NCBI GenBank assembly: GCA_020725385.1
Contig: DYFC01000053.1
Coordinates: forward strand, 1 to 48,358
Length of the DNA: 48,358 nucleotides
Direction of reading: 5' to 3'
From: Nitrospira japonica
GTDB taxonomy: Bacteria > Nitrospirota > Thermodesulfovibrionia > Thermodesulfovibrionales > SM23-35
This document shows, one piece after another, positions 1 through 7,816 of the stretch (positions are counted from its first letter, which is position 1; every line of letters starts with the position of its first letter). The translations under genes and the position numbers were made by a program. The notes under the pieces were generated by a model. That model was given only the letters and a program-made list of their open reading frames with translations. It made no database searches and was not told where the DNA came from.

Positions 1-11
1 GATCATTAATA

Positions 12-37
12 TAGGGGCAATTCATGAATTGCCCCTA
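12..37. repeat. Perfect 26-bp palindrome, GTAG-family REP-like element
   Basis: TAGGGGCAATTCATGAATTGCCCCTA is its own reverse complement. It is followed by C, giving CTAC (GTAG on the minus strand), the end motif of RAYT-associated REPs. Confidence 0.75.
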
Positions 38-41
38 CTCC

Positions 42-83
42 CTGACAGATGAGGAGATTGAGATTGTAGACGGGAAAGGGTAA
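42..83 (+). pseudogene. Remnant of a type IIG restriction-modification enzyme C-terminal tail (copy 1)
   Basis: Translates LTDEEIEIVDGKG*, matching the LYGLTxEEIxIVEG end of Eco57I/TaqI_C-type enzymes. 52-84 is 31/33 identical to 923-955. Confidence 0.6.
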
Positions 84-113
84 ATTGTAAAATATGAATA
101 TGGAGGATAAACA

Positions 114-407
114 ATGAAAACACTCCGCGAAATTAAACAAATCTTAAAGAAACATAAACCTGAAGTTCAGGCGAAATATAATGTCAGTGAATTAGGGATA
201 TTCGGTTCTTTCGTACGCGGAAAACAGAGAAAAAGGAGCGATATTGATATACTCGTTGAATTTACTGAACTCCCTGACGTTTTCTTGCTAATTGATCTGG
301 AAGATCATCTTCGAAGAATTTTAAAAAAGAAGATTGATTTGGTTAGAAAAGGAGCAATAAGGCCCGAGCTCAAAAAGGTCATCGCAAAAGAGGTGGTTTA
401 TATATGA
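114..407 (+). CDS. mntA: Minimal nucleotidyltransferase (MNT) antitoxin, type VII TA
   Basis: GS-x10-DxD motif (GSFVRGKQRKRSDID), 97 aa, GGAGG RBS, ATGA overlap with the HEPN gene. Confidence 0.92.
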   Translation: MKTLREIKQILKKHKPEVQAKYNVSELGIFGSFVRGKQRKRSDIDILVEFTELPDVFLLIDLEDHLRRILKKKIDLVRKGAIRPELKKVIAKEVVYI

Positions 408-760
408 CTAGAGAGTACAAATTATTTATTAAAGACATTGTTGAAGCAATAAAAGATATAGATATTTTTATAGGAAATATGGATTACGAAGAATTCCTTA
501 AAGACAAGAAAACCCAGAAAGCTGTTGTGTGGCAAATACATATAATTGGTGAAGCAACAAAAAATATTCCTGAATCTATAAGGAACAAATATAAGGAAGT
601 CCCTTGGAAATATATGGCACGGATACGAGATAAAATCGCTCATTTCTATTTTGGGATTGATTATGCAATTGTCTGGAGTGTTATAAAAAGAAAACTGCCG
701 GAGATAAGGCCTGTAATTGAAAAAATCCTAAAAGATTTAACCAAAAATAATAAAACATGA
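404..760 (+). CDS. hepT: HEPN/DUF86 RNase toxin
   Basis: R-x4-H-x-Y motif (RDKIAHFY), IIGEATKNIP and VPWKYM segments, coupled to the MNT gene. Confidence 0.92.
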   Translation: MTREYKLFIKDIVEAIKDIDIFIGNMDYEEFLKDKKTQKAVVWQIHIIGEATKNIPESIRNKYKEVPWKYMARIRDKIAHFYFGIDYAIVWSVIKRKLPEIRPVIEKILKDLTKNNKT

Positions 761-954
761 ACCAGCAATCCTTAATCACCTATCGTCGACCAAATCCTCG
801 CCATCAATAAACAAACCTCTCAATTCCTATTTTCTAAGAGAGACTAAGAAGATACTGACACCTCCGCCCTTGACTACCAGTTTGATGAAATGGTCTATAA
901 CACCTTTATGGATTGATATAAAAGGAGATTGAGATTGTGGAAGGGAAAGGGTAA
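757..954 (+). pseudogene. Decayed C-terminal tail of a type IIG (Eco57I/TaqI_C-like) restriction-modification enzyme (copy 2)
   Basis: Across 2 frameshifts and 2 internal stops it reads MNQQSLIT/IVDQILAINK...DTDTSALDYQFDEMVY/HLYGLI*KEIEIVEGKG*. This matches the family tail QQxxIxLVDQILA...ADTSALExQIDxLVYxLYGLTxEEIxIVEG (recognised from memory). Confidence 0.75.
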
Positions 955-980
955 AATATTTCATACAGGAGGTGTGCAGA

Positions 981-1181
981 ATGAAAATAAAAGCTACTTT
1001 TGTAAAAGACGGAAAATGGTGGGTGGCATGGACTGATGATGTTCCGGGTGCGCTTACACAGGGAAAAACTATTGAAGAGGCAAAAGAGAATCTTATAGAT
1101 GCTATACATGAAATACAAAAACCTATTGATATTTCTTCGTTACCAAAAAGAGAGGTTATCTTACAAGAGATTGAAGTGTGA
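981..1181 (+). CDS. hicB: HicB-family antitoxin (short form)
   Basis: PGALTQGKTIEEAKENLIDAI motif. ATG at 981 follows AGGAGG at 967-972, so it is preferred to the GTG at 972. Confidence 0.9.
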   Translation: MKIKATFVKDGKWWVAWTDDVPGALTQGKTIEEAKENLIDAIHEIQKPIDISSLPKREVILQEIEV

Positions 1182-1369
1182 AACGAAAAGAGTTAATCAG
1201 GCATATAGAACGACATGGATGCGTCTTGGCCAGAGAAGGCGCGAAACACTCTCGTTATATCAACCTTGCCGACCCAAGTAAATCAACCACAATTCCAAGA
1301 CATGCGGAAATAGCTGATCTTCTGGCAATCAAGATTTGCAGACAGCTTAGAATTCCCGATCCAAAATAA
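1178..1369 (+). CDS. hicA: HicA-family mRNA interferase toxin
   Basis: MKRKELIRHIERHGCVLAREGAKH...TTIPRHAEI...ICRQL; GTGA overlap with hicB. Confidence 0.92.
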   Translation: MKRKELIRHIERHGCVLAREGAKHSRYINLADPSKSTTIPRHAEIADLLAIKICRQLRIPDPK

Positions 1370-1384
1370 AAAAGGAGGTCTTTT

Positions 1385-2503
1385 ATGTCGAAAGTTTATT
1401 TTGCATCTGCAAGAGCAATAAAGTGGAAACATGATGATAGTATGCCGGGCAAGCTGGAAAGGCTTTTGAATGAATTTGACTTAAAAAAATATTTTGAACC
1501 CGAAGAATGGGTTGCTGTCAAAACACACTGGGGTTCTGAAGGAGCACATAGAATAGTTAGACCTGTCTTTCTAAGAAAAGTTGTTGAAGCGCTGAAAGGA
1601 ATTCAAGCAAAACCATTTGTTACAGATACTGTAAGGATAAAGGGATTGGATTACCTTGAAGTTGCGAATTATAACGGTATAAATCATCTATCAGTTGGCG
1701 CTCCTGTTGTTCTCGGTGATGGTCTTTATGGAAATGACAATATAATGGTTAAAGCAGGTGAGATTCTCGGTGAGATTGCAGTTGCAAGTGTTATTCATGA
1801 TGTACCTGCTATGGTTGTCTGTTCTCATATTAAAGGACATATACAAGCTGGTTACGCAGGAGCTATAAAAAATATAGCAATGGGCGGTGTAAGTGCAAGG
1901 CATAGACAATGTGGATGGAAATGCGGAAGAGGAGCTATGCATACATTGGGAGAAGGAAAGCTTTCATGGGATAAGGATAAATGCGAGCTTTGTTATCAGT
2001 GTATGGAAATATGTCCTTTGGATGCAATTAAATTTAAAAATGACGGAATGATATGGGATGAGAATGAATGCTGGAGATGCGGAAGATGTGAGAGAGTTTG
2101 CCAGTCAAATGCACTACATCTTCCGAAAGATGACGAACGTTTTATGCGTTCTCTCGCCGAAGCTGGAAAAGCTGTTTTAAGTACTTTTAAACCAAACAAA
2201 GTCATATACATTAATTTCCTGACAGAAATTCAGCCTGAATGCGATTGTATGCCAATAGCTGATGTTCCTGTAATTCAGGATATAGGAATTTGCATATCAG
2301 ATGATATTGTTGCAATAGAACAGGCAAGCATTGATTTACTTCTTAAAGAAGAACCTTTACCTAAATCCGCTGCTGAAGATAAAGGAATTAAAAAGGGAGA
2401 TGACGTTCTTTTTAATTTATCCTTGAAACCTTATCATATTCAGGTTGAAGAGGCTGAAAGGCTCGGACTCGGAAGCAGGGAATATGAATTGATCATGATT
2501 TAA
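1385..2503 (+). CDS. DUF362 domain protein with 2x[4Fe-4S] ferredoxin domain
   Basis: VAVKTHWG, HIKGH..AGYAGAIKNIAMGG, CELCYQCMEICP, CWRCGRCERVC and PECDC motifs; AGGAGG RBS. Confidence 0.88.
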   Translation: MSKVYFASARAIKWKHDDSMPGKLERLLNEFDLKKYFEPEEWVAVKTHWGSEGAHRIVRPVFLRKVVEALKGIQAKPFVTDTVRIKGLDYLEVANYNGINHLSVGAPVVLGDGLYGNDNIMVKAGEILGEIAVASVIHDVPAMVVCSHIKGHIQAGYAGAIKNIAMGGVSARHRQCGWKCGRGAMHTLGEGKLSWDKDKCELCYQCMEICPLDAIKFKNDGMIWDENECWRCGRCERVCQSNALHLPKDDERFMRSLAEAGKAVLSTFKPNKVIYINFLTEIQPECDCMPIADVPVIQDIGICISDDIVAIEQASIDLLLKEEPLPKSAAEDKGIKKGDDVLFNLSLKPYHIQVEEAERLGLGSREYELIMI

Positions 2504-2526
2504 AATGGATTTTATATTTATCCCCC

Positions 2527-2590
2527 AAAAAATTAAATACTGCTGTCCGTGGGAGTTGGACAGCAGTATTAGGGGAGATAACGAGGCATT
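2527..2590 (-). ncRNA. Candidate small RNA (~60 nt)
   Basis: Has its own sigma70-like promoter (2597-2626) and terminator (2536-2570), with C-rich UCUCCCC and ACUCCC motifs and no real ORF. Confidence 0.4.
2536..2570 (-). terminator. Intrinsic terminator hairpin between convergent DUF362 and argJ genes
   Basis: 13-bp perfect stem AATACTGCTGTCC/GGACAGCAGTATT with a 9-nt loop; TAATTTTTT follows on the minus strand. Confidence 0.75.
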
Positions 2591-2596
2591 TAAATA

Positions 2597-2626
2597 TTTA
2601 TAACATCACTGAAAAAACTTTGTCAA
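2597..2626 (-). promoter_or_regulatory. Sigma70-like promoter downstream of argJ with no protein gene to serve
   Basis: TTGACA (2626-2621), 18 nt, TATAAA (2602-2597) preceded by TGn. Confidence 0.55.
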
Positions 2627-2647
2627 GATAAAACTAAAATTTTATCT

Positions 2648-3835
2648 TTAAGTTCTATATTCAGCGTTAATTTTTACATAATCTTCCGTTAAATCACATG
2701 TATAAATATTAGCTGAAGCTTTTCCTAATTTTAATTTTATAGTAATTTTTATGTCTTTCTTCTTCAATTCTTCTCCTGCTTCTTTATCATTTCCTGAAGC
2801 AATGCCATCTTTAACGACCTGAATTTTATTAAAAAATATATCAACTTTATTTTCTCTCATTTTAATGCCAGAATAGCCAAGAGCAGCCATTATACGGCCC
2901 CAGTTGGCATCATTGCCAAAGATAGCTGTTTTTACAAGATTTGAGTTTGCAACAATAAGGGCTGCTTTTTTGGCATCTGCTACAGAAGTTGCTTCTTTAA
3001 CAGAAACTTCGACAAATTTTGTAGCACCTTCACCATCACGAGCTATCATTCTTGCCAGTTCATCTGTAATTTGAATAAGTGTTTTTGAAAACTTTATATA
3101 CTCATCCGAACCGTACAAAACTGGCTTATTTCCAGCTATTCTATTAGCCATTACAATGACTGTATCATTTGTTGACATATCACCGTCAATAGTAAGTCTG
3201 TTAAAAGATAATTCTACAGATTCTTTAAGAGCTCTGCTGAGGGCATCTTTATTAATTGATATGTCAGAAAGGACAAAACATAACATTGTTGCCATATTAG
3301 GACATATCATTCCAGCACCTTTACATATGCCGGAAACTGTACATATACTTTTACCTATTTTAATTTTTTTACTTACGATTTTAGGAAAAGTATCAGTGGT
3401 CATTATAGCTCTTGCAACATCATCAATAGATGCTTTTCCAATGTCCTGAATTAATGATGGTATGCTATTCCTTATCCTTTCCATAGGCATTGGAGTACCA
3501 ATAACACCTGTTGAAGCAACATATACAAGAGATGATTTTATATTTAAACCCTTAGCAATTAATTCTGCCATTTCTTTTGCATCATCAAGTCCCTGTTTAC
3601 CGGTACATGCATTTGCATTGCCGCTGTTAACTATAATTGCCCGGCCTTCCCCTGACATAATTCTTTTCATATCAAGTTTAACAGGAGCTGCTTTAACTTT
3701 ATTTGTAGTAAACATTCCTGCTACAACTGCTTCTTTTTGGGAATATATTAAAGCAAGATCCTTTCTGCCAGGCTTTTTTATTGCAGCCTCAGCAGTCGAA
3801 AACAAAAAACCTTTAGGTGTATTTTTTTCATTCAT
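2648..3835 (-). CDS. argJ: Ornithine acetyltransferase / N-acetylglutamate synthase
   Basis: NSGNANACTG, KGAGMICPNMATML (autocleavage Thr), DGEGATK and INAEYRT motifs. Confidence 0.97.
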   Translation of the reverse strand: MNEKNTPKGFLFSTAEAAIKKPGRKDLALIYSQKEAVVAGMFTTNKVKAAPVKLDMKRIMSGEGRAIIVNSGNANACTGKQGLDDAKEMAELIAKGLNIKSSLVYVASTGVIGTPMPMERIRNSIPSLIQDIGKASIDDVARAIMTTDTFPKIVSKKIKIGKSICTVSGICKGAGMICPNMATMLCFVLSDISINKDALSRALKESVELSFNRLTIDGDMSTNDTVIVMANRIAGNKPVLYGSDEYIKFSKTLIQITDELARMIARDGEGATKFVEVSVKEATSVADAKKAALIVANSNLVKTAIFGNDANWGRIMAALGYSGIKMRENKVDIFFNKIQVVKDGIASGNDKEAGEELKKKDIKITIKLKLGKASANIYTCDLTEDYVKINAEYRT

Positions 3836-3871
3836 TTTTAACTTAACCTTATAAAGTAAATTAAATTTGTT

Positions 3872-4912
3872 TTAAGGGATTAACGGTAATGTTTTAAGTC
3901 CTGTTTCTTCTTCAAATCCCATCATTAAGTTCATATTATGAACTGCCTGACCAGACGCACCCTTTACGAGGTTGTCTATAGCAGTAACAATTATCAGGGT
4001 ATTGGTTCTTTCATTAAGTTTCAATCCAATTTCACAGAAATTTGTCCCTCTTACATTTTTTATGTTTGGATATTGACCATATTTTAAAACCCTTATGAAT
4101 GGTTCTTTTGCGTAAGTCTTTTTATATATACCTGTAATTTCATCCGGAGTTATTTTCTTTGAAATTTTACAATAGATGGTTGTCAGGATACCTCTATCAA
4201 GTGGAAGAAGATGAGGAGTAAAATTAACTGTTATTTTCCTGCCAGATAAATAAGACAATTCCTGCTCTATTTCAGGTGTATGTCTGTGAGTACCTACAGC
4301 GTAAGCTTTAAATCCTTCGTTAACTTCACAGAAAGAAAATGCAACATCTGATTTCCTTCCTGCTCCGCTTGTGCCTGATTTTGAATCAATTACTATGGAT
4401 GATGTATCTATAATTTTAGCCTTAATAGAAGGAAGCAGCCCGAGAATAGCTCCTGTTGGATAACAACCCGGATTTGCAATTAAAGAGGCTTTCTTGATTT
4501 TCGCACGATAAATTTCAGGCATTCCATAGATAGCCTTTTTTAATGTATCGGTGAATTTATGGGGAGTTTTATACCACTCTTCATAAGCTTTACTGTCCTT
4601 AATGCGATAATCAGCGGAAAAGTCAATAACTTTCTTGCCATTTATATAGAAAAAATCAACTGCTTCCTGGGATTCAGCATGAGGTAGTGCAAGGAAGAAT
4701 AAATCGGCCTTATTAAGTATTTGTTCTTTTTTTAAAGGCTCATAAATTAGTTTCGAATATTTATAAAGTCCGGGGAAAAGGTCTGTTACAGATTTGCCTG
4801 CGGATTTTTCGGATGAAACACCGGTAATAACAACTTCAGGATGATTAGAAAGTATGCGGAGAAGCTCGCATCCAGCATATCCGCTTCCTCCGCAAATAAA
4901 AACCTTAAGCAT
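3872..4912 (-). CDS. argC: N-acetyl-gamma-glutamyl-phosphate reductase
   Basis: GGSGYAG, IANPGCYPT, SGTSGAGR, HRHTPEI and DNLVKGASGQA motifs. Confidence 0.97.
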   Translation of the reverse strand: MLKVFICGGSGYAGCELLRILSNHPEVVITGVSSEKSAGKSVTDLFPGLYKYSKLIYEPLKKEQILNKADLFFLALPHAESQEAVDFFYINGKKVIDFSADYRIKDSKAYEEWYKTPHKFTDTLKKAIYGMPEIYRAKIKKASLIANPGCYPTGAILGLLPSIKAKIIDTSSIVIDSKSGTSGAGRKSDVAFSFCEVNEGFKAYAVGTHRHTPEIEQELSYLSGRKITVNFTPHLLPLDRGILTTIYCKISKKITPDEITGIYKKTYAKEPFIRVLKYGQYPNIKNVRGTNFCEIGLKLNERTNTLIIVTAIDNLVKGASGQAVHNMNLMMGFEEETGLKTLPLIP

Positions 4913-4966
4913 CTCAACCTTTCATGAAATGAAAAAATCTGAAAGTAAATATATATCTATTAAAAA

Positions 4967-5359
4967 TTATCTCTTCGAGAACTGGAATCTCTTTCGGGCG
5001 CCTTTCTGGCCGTATTTTTTACGTTCCTTTTCTCTGGGATCTCTTGTTAAAAAACCTTCTTTTTTGAGTTTTATACGGAGGTCACTGTTCATATCAACAA
5101 TAGCACGGGCTATGCCATGACGCACAGCACCCGCCTGCCCTGTTAATCCACCACCAACAACTTTTGCCTTAATGTCATATTTCCCAGTAATCCCGGCAAG
5201 TTCTATAGGTTGGCGTATAACCATCCTGAGAGTCTCTCTCGGAAAATAAGTATCTACGGGTTTATCATTTACAATTATCTGACCGGTCCCGGGCATCATT
5301 GTAACTCTTGCTACTGATGTCTTTCTTCTACCGGTTGCGTTATACTGAATATCTGCCAT
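4967..5359 (-). CDS. rpsI: 30S ribosomal protein S9
   Basis: [12 protein letters not shown]; C-terminal [19 protein letters not shown]. Confidence 0.98.
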   Translation of the reverse strand: MADIQYNATGRRKTSVARVTMMPGTGQIIVNDKPVDTYFPRETLRMVIRQPIELAGITGKYDIKAKVVGGGLTGQAGAVRHGIARAIVDMNSDLRIKLKKEGFLTRDPREKERKKYGQKGARKRFQFSKR

Positions 5360-5379
5360 ACATTGCTCCTTATCTATCT

Positions 5380-5808
5380 TTAAATAGTCATTATTTCGGG
5401 TTTCTGTGCTTCATGAGGATGCTCAGAGCCTTTATAAACCTTCAGCTTTTTCAACATAGCTCTGCCCAGTCTTCCTTTTGGAAGCATTCCCCAAACCGCA
5501 TCTTTTACAATTTCTTCAGGACAACGTTTTAAACGTTCCCTTGCTGTTTCAGCCTTAAGCCCACCCGGGTAATTTGAATGTCTGTAATATACTTTATTAT
5601 CAAGTTTTTTACCGGTGAGTTTAACTTTTTCAGCATTTACAACAACAACAAAATCCCCTGTATCGGCATTTGGAGTAAAAACAGGTTTTTTCTTCCCGCG
5701 TAAACAGTCTGCTATTTTTACAGCAAGCCTTCCGAGCACAGCATCTTTAGCATCTACAAGATACCATTTACGTTCTATATCGCCTTTTTTAGCAAAAATA
5801 GTCCTCAT
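5380..5808 (-). CDS. rplM: 50S ribosomal protein L13
   Basis: [35 protein letters not shown] and HPHEAQKP motifs. Confidence 0.98.
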   Translation of the reverse strand: MRTIFAKKGDIERKWYLVDAKDAVLGRLAVKIADCLRGKKKPVFTPNADTGDFVVVVNAEKVKLTGKKLDNKVYYRHSNYPGGLKAETARERLKRCPEEIVKDAVWGMLPKGRLGRAMLKKLKVYKGSEHPHEAQKPEIMTI

Positions 5809-5843
5809 TTCTTCACCTTCCTGTTACTTATATTAAGACTATT

Positions 5844-5873
5844 AAGATAATAAAAATATCATATAATTGTCAA
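5844..5873 (-). promoter_or_regulatory. Sigma70 promoter for rplM-rpsI(-argC-argJ)
   Basis: TTGACA (5873-5868), 18 nt, TATCTT (5849-5844). Confidence 0.55.
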
Positions 5874-5875
5874 CT

Positions 5876-6436
5876 TTATACTCTTGCCTGCCTGCAAACA
5901 ACCCTATTAAGGTCAACACCTATTAAATCTGCAGCAGCTTTCCACCGGTCTTTTACAGGAGTCTCAAATATAATTTTGTTATTTGAAGGAGCAACCAGCC
6001 AGCTATCGATCATTAATTCATACTCAAGCTGACCGGGAGACCATCCGGCAAAGCCAAGGGTAAACAAATATTTCGAGGGACCTTTTCCGGTTGCTATATC
6101 AATGAGAATTTCTTTGGAGGTTGTGAGAGAAAGATTTCTGTTTATTTTTATTGAAGGGTAATAAATATTCGATGATGAATAAAGAATATAACCCTGTTCT
6201 GGTTTCACGGGACCGCCATAATATACAGGCAAATCTATAATACATTCTTTAATATCAAGCCCGCTACTCAATGGAATAAAACTGCTTAGCAAAATACGAT
6301 TAATAACCAGTCCGAAAGCACCATCATTAGTATGATCACAAATCAATACAACTGTCTTCTCAAAATTCGGATCTTTGAGTCCCGGAACAGCAATAAGAAA
6401 CATTCCTGATAAATTTGTTATATCAACTTTTTTCAT
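5876..6436 (-). CDS. YqgE/AlgH family (UPF0301) protein
   Basis: DPNFEKTVVLICDH..GAFGLVINR, GGPV and GFAGWSPGQLEYE..SWLV motifs. Confidence 0.93.
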   Translation of the reverse strand: MKKVDITNLSGMFLIAVPGLKDPNFEKTVVLICDHTNDGAFGLVINRILLSSFIPLSSGLDIKECIIDLPVYYGGPVKPEQGYILYSSSNIYYPSIKINRNLSLTTSKEILIDIATGKGPSKYLFTLGFAGWSPGQLEYELMIDSWLVAPSNNKIIFETPVKDRWKAAADLIGVDLNRVVCRQARV

Positions 6437-6445
6437 TTCAAAATC

Positions 6446-6898
6446 TCAGCTACCACATTTTTTTATCGCAAGTCTCGCTAGTTTATCACACCTTTCATTT
6501 TCATCATGTCCGGCGTGTCCTTTTACCCATTTCCATTTTATATTATGTATTTTTGAAAGCTCAAGAAGTTTTTCCCACAGGTCCTTGTTTTGAACAGTCT
6601 GCTTCTGGCTGTTTTTCCATTTATTCTTAATCCATGAATGAATCCATTCGCTCATGCCCCTTACAATATAATTCGAATCTGTAAAAACTGTAACATCACA
6701 TGGAACTTTCAAAGCTTCAAGACCTTTGATTACTGCTGTAAGTTCCATTCGATTATTTGTTGTGTTACCTACACAACCTGATAGTTCTTTTACTTTTTCA
6801 CCTGACTTTAAAATAATACCATACCCGCCAATTCCCGGATTGCCTTTACAGGCACCATCCGCATATATTTCCACATTAGGTCTTTTTACGCTTTTCAT
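6446..6898 (-). CDS. rnhA: Ribonuclease HI
   Basis: [25 protein letters not shown] and [15 protein letters not shown] motifs. Confidence 0.97.
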   Translation of the reverse strand: MKSVKRPNVEIYADGACKGNPGIGGYGIILKSGEKVKELSGCVGNTTNNRMELTAVIKGLEALKVPCDVTVFTDSNYIVRGMSEWIHSWIKNKWKNSQKQTVQNKDLWEKLLELSKIHNIKWKWVKGHAGHDENERCDKLARLAIKKCGS

Positions 6899-6964
6899 TC
6901 AAATATTAAATTTATTTTACATTAATGATGTATTTTTTTCCTGTATGATACAATAAAATTTACT

Positions 6965-7816
6965 ATGAATGTTTCAGTTATAATACCTACATTAAATGCA
7001 GGCACATCTATTGGAGAACTTTTAGATAGGCTACTTTCCCAGACATCAAAACCTTTTGAAATAATATTAATTGACTCATCATCTGAAGACGATACTGTTT
7101 TTATTGCAAAGCAGAAAAATGTAAATATAATTTCTATTGATAGAAAAAATTTTAATCATGGGAAAACAAGAAATATGGCTGCGGAAAAAGCAAACTCAGA
7201 AATATTAGTATTTATGACACAAGATGCATTACCATATGACAGAAATATGCTCGTAAATTTAACAAAACCATTGTCAGAACCTAAAATAGTTGCTTCATAT
7301 GGAAGGCACATACCCTACCCTGATGCTCCTATTAGTGAAAGCTTTTCAAGAAATTTCAATTACCCTGAAAAGAGTTTTATTAAGGGCTTTGAAGATTTGA
7401 AGAATATGGGGATTAAAACTTTTTTTTTCAGCAATAGCTGTTCGGCAGTTAGGAAAAAAGAGTTTATGGAAGCGGGGAAATTTCCTGAAAATGTTAGAGC
7501 CAATGAAGATATGATATTTGCTGCAAATCTCTTAAGAAAAGGTTATAAGATAGCTTATGCTTCAGATGCTAAAATCATGCATTCCCATAATTATTCTCTT
7601 TTAAGTCTATTCCGCAGGTATTATAATATTGGTTCATCATTGAAAAAACACAAATGGATTTTGGAGCACGCAAAATCCGAAGGAGAAGGATTGAGATTCA
7701 TTAGACAACAGGTTATATTTATTACTGAAAAAGGAAAATATTATCACCTGCCTTATATTCTGGCAGAAGTTATAGCTAAATATTCTGGCTATCGTCTTGG
7801 TTTATTACTTGGATGA
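6965..7816 (+). CDS. GT2 glycosyltransferase (rhamnosyltransferase-like)
   Basis: SVIIPTLNA, IDSSSED, FNHGKTRN, TQDALP, FFSNS, NED and HSHNY motifs. Confidence 0.88.
   Translation: MNVSVIIPTLNAGTSIGELLDRLLSQTSKPFEIILIDSSSEDDTVFIAKQKNVNIISIDRKNFNHGKTRNMAAEKANSEILVFMTQDALPYDRNMLVNLTKPLSEPKIVASYGRHIPYPDAPISESFSRNFNYPEKSFIKGFEDLKNMGIKTFFFSNSCSAVRKKEFMEAGKFPENVRANEDMIFAANLLRKGYKIAYASDAKIMHSHNYSLLSLFRRYYNIGSSLKKHKWILEHAKSEGEGLRFIRQQVIFITEKGKYYHLPYILAEVIAKYSGYRLGLLLG

Noticed and set aside
52-955. 33-bp direct repeats as CRISPR repeats or IS ends
   Set aside because: They are about 870 bp apart with genes between them, are neither palindromic nor inverted, and translate as an RM C-terminus.
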